Positions 22,187 through 30,431 of a stretch of 64,000 nt of DNA are shown here, in pieces (position 1 is the first letter of the stretch; each line of letters opens with the position of its first letter). The DNA comes from Candidatus Dormibacteria bacterium (GTDB lineage: Bacteria; Chloroflexota; Dormibacteria; Aeolococcales; Aeolococcaceae). Below the pieces are notes generated by a model, which saw nothing but the letters and a program-made list of their open reading frames with translations, did no database searches and was not told where the DNA came from. The stretch is from positions 138,181 to 202,180 of the forward strand of contig JBOHUD010000064.1 of the NCBI GenBank assembly GCA_050734155.1, in the 5' to 3' direction. The position numbers were made by a program, and so were the translations under genes.

Positions 22187-23040
22187 ATGTGCGTCCGGCG
22201 CCGGATGGCGCGCAGCACCGCCGGCCGGGGCACGATCCCCTGGCGCTCGGAGGCGTCGACCCCGGTGAGGCTGATCATGGTGCTGCGCAACGACTTGGAG
22301 TCGAGGCCGCGGGTGATGCGTCCCTCGCGCGCCACGCTGATCAGCCCGGTCTCCTCGCTGACGATGAGCACCACCGCGTCACTCTGCAGCGTCAGGCCCA
22401 CGGCGGCCCGGTGTCGCGTGCCCATCCGGCCCACCCCGGGGATGGTCTCGGCGAGGGGGAGAACGCAGCCGGCGGCGATCAGCCGCGCGTTGCGGATGAT
22501 CACCGCCCCGTCGTGCAGCGAGGTGCCGGGCATGAAGATGGTGGCCAGCATCTCCGCCGTCACCTCGCCGTCGATGCGCACCCCGGTGGCGGCGATGTTC
22601 TCCAGTCCCGTCTCACGCTCGAACACCACCAGGGCCCCGGTCTTGCGCTCGCTCAGCGACGAGGCTGCGCGAATCACCTCGTCGACCGATCGCTGCGCGT
22701 CGACGCCGGCGTGCTGGCCGAGCAGCGAGCGCACCGGGCCGAGCCGTCCGACCTGGTCGAGGGCGCGGCGCAGCTCCGGCTGGAAGAGGATGACCGCCGC
22801 GATCACGATCGCCTGGCCGCCGTTGCGAAAGATGAACTGGAGGAGGCGCAGGTTGAGCGCCTCGGCGGCGAGGCCCACGGCGATGATCACGCCGAGGCCG
22901 ACCAGGAGCTGCACCGCCTGCGTGCCGCGGATCAGCTTGAGCAGCTGGTAGAGCAGGATGGCGACGAGGAGGACGTCGAGGACGTCGCGCCAGCCGACGC
23001 TCTGCAGGAAGATGAGCGCGTCGTGCCAGATCGCGCTCAT
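22183..23040 (-). CDS. cdaA: Diadenylate cyclase CdaA (membrane-anchored DisA_N/DAC domain)
   Basis: Real start MSAIWHDALIF at ATG 23040 (286 aa). Three N-terminal TM helices. DAC motifs DGAVIIRN and GTRHRAAVGLTLQSDAVVLIVSEETGLISVA. The ORF-track ORF is extended 94 codons upstream over argF. Confidence 0.9.
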   Translation of the reverse strand: MSAIWHDALIFLQSVGWRDVLDVLLVAILLYQLLKLIRGTQAVQLLVGLGVIIAVGLAAEALNLRLLQFIFRNGGQAIVIAAVILFQPELRRALDQVGRLGPVRSLLGQHAGVDAQRSVDEVIRAASSLSERKTGALVVFERETGLENIAATGVRIDGEVTAEMLATIFMPGTSLHDGAVIIRNARLIAAGCVLPLAETIPGVGRMGTRHRAAVGLTLQSDAVVLIVSEETGLISVAREGRITRGLDSKSLRSTMISLTGVDASERQGIVPRPAVLRAIRRRTHI

Positions 23041-24002
23041 GGCGCGGTCACGGCGGCGCGCGCGCTGGGCTCGGGGACTGCCTCGTACACCAGCGCCAGC
23101 AGGGCCATCTGCGCCCACAGCCGGTTCTCGGCCTGGTCGAACACCACCGACTGGGGGCCGTCGAGGACGGAGTCGGTGATCTCCTCGCCCCGATGGGCGG
23201 GCAGGCAGTGCATGACCCGCGCTCCCGAGGGGGCGAGCCCCAGCAACCTGTCGTTGACCTGGAGGTGGCCGAAGTCCTGGCGGCGGCGCTGCTGCTCCGC
23301 CTCCTGGCCCATGCTCGTCCACACATCGGTGTAGACGATGTCGGCGTCGCGCAGGGCCGGAGCCGGGTCATGTCCGACGCTCCAGCCGGTGCCGTTGCTG
23401 CGCAGTCGCGCCGCGGCGGTGAGCACGGCCTCGGCCGGCTCGTACCCCGGCGGGCAGACGATGCGCAGGTCGACGCCGCAGATGGCCGCGGCGTAGAGCC
23501 ACGATGCGCAGACGTTGTTGCCGTCGCCGATGTAGGCCACCCGCGCTCCCCCCAGCCGTCCGGTGGTCTCGAGCACGGTGAGGAGGTCGGCGAGGAGCTG
23601 GCAGGGATGCTCGGCGTCGGTCATGGCGCTGATCACCGGGCCCCTCACCGCAGCCGCGATGGCGACCAGGTCGCGCTGCGAGACGACGCGGGCGATGACC
23701 CCGTCGGCGTAGCGGTCGAGGATGCGGGCGATGTCCGTGGCCGTCTCGCGCTCACCGAGGCGGATCTCCTCGCCGAAGAGCGCGATGGGGTGGCCGCCGA
23801 GGCGGTTGATGGCCACCTCGAAGGAGACCCGCGTCCGGTTGCTGGGGCGCTGAAAGATGAGCGCCAGGTTGCGTCCCCGCAGCGGCGTGCCCAGGTCCGC
23901 TCCCCGCTTGGCTCGCCCGGCGAGGTCGAGAACGGTGGCGATCTCGTCCCGACCGAGATCGGCGATGCTGAGCAGGTCGCGACCGAGGAGCGCAGGGGAC
24001 AT
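23037..24002 (-). CDS. argF: Ornithine carbamoyltransferase-like transcarbamylase
   Basis: SNRTR (variant of STRTR), SFEVA, HPCQLLADLLT, DVWTSMGQE, HCLPAH motifs in OTC order. Probable start MSPALLG (ATG ~24002). Stop overlaps the cdaA start (ATGA). Confidence 0.8.
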   Translation of the reverse strand: MSPALLGRDLLSIADLGRDEIATVLDLAGRAKRGADLGTPLRGRNLALIFQRPSNRTRVSFEVAINRLGGHPIALFGEEIRLGERETATDIARILDRYADGVIARVVSQRDLVAIAAAVRGPVISAMTDAEHPCQLLADLLTVLETTGRLGGARVAYIGDGNNVCASWLYAAAICGVDLRIVCPPGYEPAEAVLTAAARLRSNGTGWSVGHDPAPALRDADIVYTDVWTSMGQEAEQQRRRQDFGHLQVNDRLLGLAPSGARVMHCLPAHRGEEITDSVLDGPQSVVFDQAENRLWAQMALLALVYEAVPEPSARAAVTAP

Positions 24003-24059
24003 GGGGCAAAAACCAGTATATGAGCGCAACCAGAATGCGCCTGAACTCAGCGACACGGG

Positions 24060-25073
24060 ATGCGCGTCCGTTCCCTGCCCGCTAGGGTTGGCACCGTGAA
24101 CATCGTCGTCGTCGTCGCCGGCGGGCTCACCGAGATGCTACAGGCTGCACCGCTCATCGCGGCCCTGCCCAGCGTCACCGGTGAGCCCCTGCTCGTGGTC
24201 GGGTCCAGCCGGGCTGCCGAGCTGTCCCCGGGCCTGAGCGGTGCCCACGAGTTCATCTCCGTCCCCGGGCTCGGCTCACGACCGGGGATGCTCAGCCTGG
24301 TCCGTCTGTGGTCGGAGTTGCGCGGGCGCCGCCTGGATGCTGCGGTGATCTGCAGCGAACGGGCGGCGGTGCGCGCGGCCGTGTACGAGGCCGGGGTGCC
24401 GCGCCGGATCGGCTGCGCGGGCGGGCTCAGCGATCGCCTGCTCACCGACCGCGTGCCCCGCGCGCCGGATGGCAACCGCGCTCGCTCCTGGCTGGCACTC
24501 GCCGGTCCGTTCCAGGCGCTCGCCGAGGCGACCGGCCGCGAGTTCCTGCCCAGCGAGGAGGCCACCAGGTCGGCGGAGCAGCTGCTCCTCAGCAACGGGG
24601 CCGGCGACGGACGCCTGCTGGTGGCGATCGCTCCCGGTCAGGGCTTCGCCCACCCCGAGGTGCCCGCCTGGGGAGCGGAGCGCTTCGCCCACCTCGCCAA
24701 CCGCCTGGCCACGCGCCATGGGGCCGGGGTCATCCTGATCGGTGACGAGCGCGACCGTGTCGCCGTGGAGGCGATGCGTCTCGACCTGGCGGCGGACCCG
24801 GTGGACCTCTGCGGCGAGCTCGACCTCGGCACGGTCGCCGCGGTGATGGCGCGCTGCGACCTGGTGATCGGCACCGACACCCCGCTCCTCCATCTCGCCG
24901 CTGCCGTGGGCACCGCCTCGGTGGGGCTGTTCGGCCCCTCCAGCGGCCGCGCCCGGGCACCGGCCGGGGGCGAGCACCGCGTGGTGCAGGCGCTGCCCAA
25001 CGGTCGGGGGCCCGCCAGCCTCGAGCGCATCCGCGTCGACGACGTCCTCGCCGGCATCGAGAGCGTGCTCTAG
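24060..25073 (+). CDS. Glycosyltransferase family 9 (ADP-heptose:LPS heptosyltransferase-like)
   Basis: 337 aa. GT9 C-terminal signature LVIGTDTPLLHLAAAVGTASVGLFGPSS (cf. TDSGPMHLAAALGTP..FGPT). Confidence 0.75.
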   Translation: MRVRSLPARVGTVNIVVVVAGGLTEMLQAAPLIAALPSVTGEPLLVVGSSRAAELSPGLSGAHEFISVPGLGSRPGMLSLVRLWSELRGRRLDAAVICSERAAVRAAVYEAGVPRRIGCAGGLSDRLLTDRVPRAPDGNRARSWLALAGPFQALAEATGREFLPSEEATRSAEQLLLSNGAGDGRLLVAIAPGQGFAHPEVPAWGAERFAHLANRLATRHGAGVILIGDERDRVAVEAMRLDLAADPVDLCGELDLGTVAAVMARCDLVIGTDTPLLHLAAAVGTASVGLFGPSSGRARAPAGGEHRVVQALPNGRGPASLERIRVDDVLAGIESVL

Positions 25074-25127
25074 CCAGAGGAGGCGCGCGACTGTCGCAAA
25101 CGCGGCGGCGGTCATGATGGCGCCCGC

Positions 25128-25773
25128 ATGCTCCCCCGACCACGCGCGCGCCGCGTTCTCCAGCTCTTCGCCGGGCTCGTGCTCTACGGGGTCAGCGACG
25201 GCATGCTGCTGCTCGGCGGCCTCGGCGTCGACCCCTGGGACGTGCTGCACCAGGGGCTCTCACGACGAACCGGGATCGCCGTGGGCACCTGGGCGATCGT
25301 GGTCGGCGTGGTGGTGCTGCTCCTCTGGATTCCGCTGCGACAGCGCCCCGGGCTGGGCACGCTGGCCAACGCCATGGTCATCGGCGTGGTCATCAACGTG
25401 GTGCTGGCGGTGGCTCCCACCCCGCGCGGAGTGCCCCTCCAGCTGGTGGTAATGCTCGGCGGCGTCGGCCTCAACGGGCTCGCCACCGGCGCGTACATCG
25501 GGGCCGGTCTCGGTCCGGGCCCGCGCGACGGGTTGATGACCGGGCTCGCATCGCGCGGCCACTCGCTGCCTGGTGCGCACCAGCATCGAGCTGAGCGTGC
25601 TGGTCGGCGGATGGCTCCTCGGCGGCACGGTCGGCCTGGGCACGGTGGTCTACGCGCTCGCGATCGGTCCCCTGGCGCAGATCTTCGTGCCCATGCTGGC
25701 GGTCGATCGCGCACAGAGACCGTCGCGGCCAGCGCCGCGATCGCTCATCGAGGGCACCCCGCGGGCCAACTGA
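25128..25773 (+). pseudogene. YczE/YitT-like integral membrane protein, apparently frameshifted near 25545-25565
   Basis: N-terminal part in the frame of 25128 (...GLGVDPWDVLHQGL...GLMTGLASRGH). The conserved continuation RCLVRTSIELSVLVGGWLLGGTVGLGTVVYALAIGPL is in the +1 frame (ORF 25573..25773). Frame 1 has a stop at 25537-25539, so a 1-nt indel is required. Confidence 0.6.
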
Positions 25774-26169
25774 CACCAGGGCGTCAGCCCGGGCGCCGCG
25801 GGCGTCCCGGCAGCCTAGGTCTAGGGACGCGGGCCGGGATGCGGGGATCGCTGTGCCCACCAGCGCGGCCTGCGCTCGCGGATCGGAGCCTTCTGCGGGA
25901 CGGCCTCAGGTTCCCCCTCGCCGAACAACCAGGAGAGCCGCCGCACCTCGCCCGGCGCCCTCTCCCACTCGATCCCCTCGAGGAGGTCGCCGTCTGCGCG
26001 TCTGCGTCTCATGCGTGGATTCCCTTCACGCGCCTGGTTGGGTCAACGTGGCATGCGTTGCTGCGTTGCCGTGATGCGTCGAGTTCACCTCGACTGTACC
26101 GTCGGCACCACGCCACTCGGTCACGGCCCGGCTACCCAACGCAACGGCGCCATGACAAGCGGACGCTGA

Positions 26170-27087
26170 TCAGTAGCCGCCCCTGACGATGTTGAGCAGC
26201 GTCTCGCCGGCGACGTACCGGCGCACCTGCGCTCCTGCGAAGCGCCAGGCGCGTTCGTACACCCGCTCCACTGCGCCGCCGATGTGGGGCGTGATCAGGG
26301 TGCCCGGTGCCGACCACAGGGCGTGACCGTCGGGGAGCGGCTCGGGATCGGTGACATCGAGGGCGCAGCGGACGTGCCCAGTGCGCAGCGCAGCCAGGAG
26401 AGCTTGTGTGTCGACGATCGCACCGCGCGCCGCGTTGACCAGCAGCGCGCCATCGTGCATCGCCGCCAGGAAACCGGCATCGACCATACCGTGTGTCTCG
26501 GCAGTGAGCGGCAGGAGGATGACCACGACGTCGGCGTCGCCGAGAAGGTTGGGGACATCATCGATGCCGTGCACGGCCTCACGGGCGCGGCGGGCCACCC
26601 GGACGACGCGGACCCCGAAGGGCTCGAGGCGCCGCTCCAGCGCGCGGCCGATCGATCCGTGGCCCAGGATCAGCACTGTCGTCCCCTCCAGGTCGGCGCC
26701 GCCCACGAACTGCCAGGCCGCGTTGCCCTGGGACACCACGCACTCCGGAAGATGCCGTCGCATCGCCAGCATCACCATCACGACCCATTCCGCCACGGAG
26801 GCGTCGTGCACGCCCGAGCCGTCGCAGAGGATGACGTCCGATGGGAGGTGATCGACCAGCGTGTCCACACCCGCACTGAGTGTCTGCACCACGCGCAGGT
26901 CGCGGAGCTGGGGAAGGATCTCGATGGTGCGCGCGGCATCGAAGCCGGCGATGAGGATGTCGGCGTGCTGCGGCGCATCGTCGATGTCACCGGCAGCCGG
27001 GACCCTGCGGACATCGACGTCCTCGGGGAGGAAGCGGCGGTACCGCGACGGCAGGGGCGCGGAGGTCCAGACGGTGGCAGCGGGCAC
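26170..27087 (-). CDS. D-isomer-specific 2-hydroxyacid dehydrogenase family protein (NAD-binding)
   Basis: 305 aa. Rossmann GHGSIGRALERRLEPFGVRV, catalytic-domain order typical of PGDH/GyaR-like enzymes. Confidence 0.8.
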   Translation of the reverse strand: MPAATVWTSAPLPSRYRRFLPEDVDVRRVPAAGDIDDAPQHADILIAGFDAARTIEILPQLRDLRVVQTLSAGVDTLVDHLPSDVILCDGSGVHDASVAEWVVMVMLAMRRHLPECVVSQGNAAWQFVGGADLEGTTVLILGHGSIGRALERRLEPFGVRVVRVARRAREAVHGIDDVPNLLGDADVVVILLPLTAETHGMVDAGFLAAMHDGALLVNAARGAIVDTQALLAALRTGHVRCALDVTDPEPLPDGHALWSAPGTLITPHIGGAVERVYERAWRFAGAQVRRYVAGETLLNIVRGGY

Positions 27088-27178
27088 CCGCAGAGACTAA
27101 CCGGACCGGGCGCCACCCAGGCCGGCATCGACCTGGACCCACTAATGTGCGGGCTGAACTTCAAGGAGGACAGGTGAC

Positions 27179-27586
27179 ATGGACATGAAACTCGAGCTGG
27201 TGCCAGTCCCGGTGTCTGATGTCGACCGCGCCAAGGCCTTCTACTCCGAGAAGGTCGGCTTCCGGCTGGACACGGACCAGCAGTTGAACGAGGCAATACG
27301 TTTCGTTCAGCTGACGCCTCCGGGATCAGCCTGCTCGATTGCCCTGGGCGAGGGCATCACCCAGCAGCAGCCGGGTTCCCTCGACGGCCTGCTGCTGGTG
27401 GTGAAGGACATCCGGGCCACGCATGCCGAGCTGACCCGGCGCGGTGTCCAGGTCAGTGAGCCCGCGATGCAACCGTGGGGCGCGACCCATGCCGACTTCA
27501 GTGACCCGGACGGCAATCGCTGGACGCTGCAACAGCCGGCGGTGCGCGATGCCCAGGGTGGACCAGAGCCGCTCCCCGGCCTGTGA
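27179..27586 (+). CDS. VOC-family (glyoxalase/bleomycin-resistance fold) protein
   Basis: 135 aa. MKLELVPVPVSDVDRAKAFY..., paired beta-alpha-beta-beta-beta modules. Confidence 0.75.
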   Translation: MDMKLELVPVPVSDVDRAKAFYSEKVGFRLDTDQQLNEAIRFVQLTPPGSACSIALGEGITQQQPGSLDGLLLVVKDIRATHAELTRRGVQVSEPAMQPWGATHADFSDPDGNRWTLQQPAVRDAQGGPEPLPGL

Positions 27587-27607
27587 GGGCGGCGGCCGAC
27601 CGTAGCC

Positions 27608-27961
27608 TCAGCGGATGAAGACGAGGCCCAGGTAGAGAAGGCCGATCGCCAGGGCGACCGAGCCGCAGACGATGCCGGTTATGGCCATGCCCTTTGCGGG
27701 CATGCCCGTCATCCGGTTGGCACGCTGCAGGCCCACGCCGCTGAGCGAGACGGCGATGACGCCGAGGATGACCCCGATGAACGGAAGCCAGAACAGTGCG
27801 ATGCCGACGATGCCGGTGACGCCGCCGGCGGTACCGATCCCATTGCCTGCGGCGGAGATCATGGAGGACGGCGGCGGCTGCGGGGCGTACGACAGTTGAG
27901 GAGAGGGTGGCGGCGGCGGCGGCGGCACGCCTGCGCCTCCGGCTGGAATCTGCGACATCAT
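27608..27961 (-). CDS. Small membrane protein, DUF4190-like, with poly-Pro N-terminus
   Basis: 117 aa. PPPPPPPSPQ-rich N-terminus followed by two hydrophobic helices (GIVGIALFWLPFIGVILGVIAV...GIVCGSVALAIGLLYLGLVF). Confidence 0.6.
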   Translation of the reverse strand: MMSQIPAGGAGVPPPPPPPSPQLSYAPQPPPSSMISAAGNGIGTAGGVTGIVGIALFWLPFIGVILGVIAVSLSGVGLQRANRMTGMPAKGMAITGIVCGSVALAIGLLYLGLVFIR

Positions 27962-28031
27962 CGGCTCCCCACTTGCGCTGAGGCCCGCAGCGATGGGTGC
28001 ACCGTACTCCGCCCCGAGTGGCCTGGCAAGC

Positions 28032-29000
28032 TCACCGTATGTACATGAAGTTGCGTTTCAGCACGTCCAGGTTGTCCACGGCGAGGGCGGTGCCGCGCAC
28101 CGTGCAGGCGTCGGGTTCGCTGGCCACCCTCGCGGAGGAGCCGGCCAGAGCCGCGACGTGACGCTCGAGCCCCTCCAGGCGGGCGCCCCCGCCGGTGAGG
28201 ATCAGCCCGCCTCCCCTGAGGTCACGGCGCAGGCTGGGAGGCGTGTCGGCGAGCACCGCTAACAGGGCGTCATCGAGAGGCCGGAGGTGCTCACCGACGA
28301 GGCTGGTCAGCTCGTGCGAGGAGAGCAGCACCCCGCCGATCTCTCCGGTGCGCTCCTCGTGCGACGCCGCCACCAGCAGGCGCGCCGCCGACTGCAGCTC
28401 GGCGTGGCCGAGAGCGACCCCGTGCACCGAATGCACGTGGGCAGCGAGTCGATCGAACATGTCGTCAGAGCCGGTGGACAGCGATCGGCTGGCCACCGTG
28501 CCCTCGAGTGAGAGGACGGCGATGTCCGTCTTGCCGGCGCCGATGTCCATGACCAGATGGGGACGCGGTGAGGTGACGGCCACGCCCGCTCCCATGGCGG
28601 CGGCGATGGCCGCGTCGATCAGGTAGACGGTGCGGGAGCCGGCCCGTGCGGCGGCCTCGAGCACCGCGCGGCGGTCGTCGCCGCTCATCCCGGAGCGGAC
28701 GGCGATGACCACGTCCGGCTTGAAGATGCGCTGCCTGCCCACGGCACGGTTGAGAGCGTGGTGCACCATGGCGGCGAGCGCGCGCCGATCGGCGATGTCG
28801 CCACCGCGCAGGGGGCGGCGGAGCTCGAGGCTGGGGTCCTCGGCGGCGGCCTGGAGCGCGGCTGCGCCGAACATGCTCATGGCCGGCTCACCCGCCCGGA
28901 TGGCCACCACCGACGGCTCGGCGACCAGGGTTGCCTCGCCGCGGGTGATGACCCTGATGGTGGCCGTGCCCAGGTCCACGCCGAGCTTCTTGCCGAGCAA
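28032..29000 (-). CDS. MreB/Mbl-family actin-like ATPase
   Basis: LGVDLGTATIRV phosphate-1 motif, DIGAGKTDIAV, LTGGGARL adenosine motif. Likely TTG start at ~29000; the ORF-track N-terminal extension overlaps murA. Confidence 0.78.
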   Translation of the reverse strand: MLGKKLGVDLGTATIRVITRGEATLVAEPSVVAIRAGEPAMSMFGAAALQAAAEDPSLELRRPLRGGDIADRRALAAMVHHALNRAVGRQRIFKPDVVIAVRSGMSGDDRRAVLEAAARAGSRTVYLIDAAIAAAMGAGVAVTSPRPHLVMDIGAGKTDIAVLSLEGTVASRSLSTGSDDMFDRLAAHVHSVHGVALGHAELQSAARLLVAASHEERTGEIGGVLLSSHELTSLVGEHLRPLDDALLAVLADTPPSLRRDLRGGGLILTGGGARLEGLERHVAALAGSSARVASEPDACTVRGTALAVDNLDVLKRNFMYIR

Positions 29001-29010
29001 CGCCGAGGCC

Positions 29011-30318
29011 TCAGTCCCCGACCACGCCGCTGAGGTCGCGCACCGCCGGCTCAGTTCCTCCCTCGATGGAGATCCGCTGCACATCGGCGCCGAGGCCGCG
29101 CAGCTTCTCATCGAGTGACTCGTAGCCGCGATCGAGGTGATAGACCGAGTCGAGATCGCTGGTGCCCTGTGCGCAGAGCGCCGCGATGACCAGCGCGGCG
29201 CCGGAGCGGATGTCCGGGATGGTGGCGCGGGTGGCGTGCAGCGCGACCGGCCCCTCGATGATCGCGCTGCGTCCCTCCACGCCGATCCTGGCCCCGAAAT
29301 CGAGAAGGGCCGGCAGGTGACGGAACCTGTTCTCGTACAGCGCCTCGCTGACGATGCTGACGCCCGTCGCCTGGGTCATGAGCGCGCAGTACTGTGGCTG
29401 CAGGTCGGTGGCGAAGCCCGGGTGCGGCCAGGTGGTGACGTCGACGGCGTGGAGCGGCGCGCCGCGCACGCGCACCTCGCTGGCGCCCTCGATCACCTCG
29501 GCGCCGGCGCTGCGCAGCTTGTTGATCAACCAGCGCACGTCGCTGGGACGCATCCTGTCGATCGTCACCTCCCCACCCGTGGCCGCCGCCGCCACCATGT
29601 AGGTCCCGGCCTCGATGTAATCGGTGGTGACGCTGTGGGTGGTGCCGTGCAGGAGACCGCTCTGGCCCTCGATGACGATCAGCTCGCTGCCGGCGCCGGC
29701 GATGTGCGCCCCCATGCCCACCAGGCAGCGCACCAGGTCGAACACGTGCGGCTCGCGGGCGGCGTTGGAGATGACGGTGATGCCGTCGGCGAGCACCGCC
29801 GCCATGATCAGGTTCTCCGTCCCGGTGACGGTGGGGATGTCGAGGTCGATGCGCGCCCCGCTCAGCCGGCGCGCCTGCGCGGCGTACATGTCGGCACGCT
29901 CCTCCACCGCCGCACCCATGAGGCGCAGACCTTCGAGGTGCTGCTCGACGCGGCGCATCCCGATGTCGTCGCCGCCCGGCTTGGCGATGGCGGCCTCGCC
30001 GGTGCGGGCGATCAGAGCTCCCAGGAGAAGGAACGAGCCCCGCATCCGGCGGGTGAGGTCGGCCCCCACCTCGACCGAGCGCACCGCCCCGGCATGGAGG
30101 CGCCACGACGAGGGCGAGAGACGATCGACGGTCACGCCCAGGTGGCGCAGCATGGCGGCCATCGCCTCGATGTCCTCGATGTCGGGCACGTTGCGCAGCT
30201 CGAGAGGCTCATCGGTGAGCAGGGCGGCGGCCATCACCGGGAGGGCGGCGTTCTTGCTCCCCGAGATCGAGACGGTGCCGTGCAGGGGTCGCGGCCCGGA
30301 GATGCGCAGGAGGTCCAT
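29011..30318 (-). CDS. murA: UDP-N-acetylglucosamine 1-carboxyvinyltransferase MurA
   Basis: Real start MDLLRISGPRPLHGTVSISGSKNAALPVMAAALL at ATG 30318 (436 aa); EPSP-synthase-fold repeats throughout. Confidence 0.92.
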   Translation of the reverse strand: MDLLRISGPRPLHGTVSISGSKNAALPVMAAALLTDEPLELRNVPDIEDIEAMAAMLRHLGVTVDRLSPSSWRLHAGAVRSVEVGADLTRRMRGSFLLLGALIARTGEAAIAKPGGDDIGMRRVEQHLEGLRLMGAAVEERADMYAAQARRLSGARIDLDIPTVTGTENLIMAAVLADGITVISNAAREPHVFDLVRCLVGMGAHIAGAGSELIVIEGQSGLLHGTTHSVTTDYIEAGTYMVAAAATGGEVTIDRMRPSDVRWLINKLRSAGAEVIEGASEVRVRGAPLHAVDVTTWPHPGFATDLQPQYCALMTQATGVSIVSEALYENRFRHLPALLDFGARIGVEGRSAIIEGPVALHATRATIPDIRSGAALVIAALCAQGTSDLDSVYHLDRGYESLDEKLRGLGADVQRISIEGGTEPAVRDLSGVVGD

Positions 30319-30431
30319 CAGCGCGGTAAACGTATCCCACAGGGGGTCGGATGTGCGGGCGCCGGGGCACATCTGAGCGCCGATCGGCGACACTGACACG
30401 ACTGATCGTCAGGAATCGGAGAGACCCCGCC

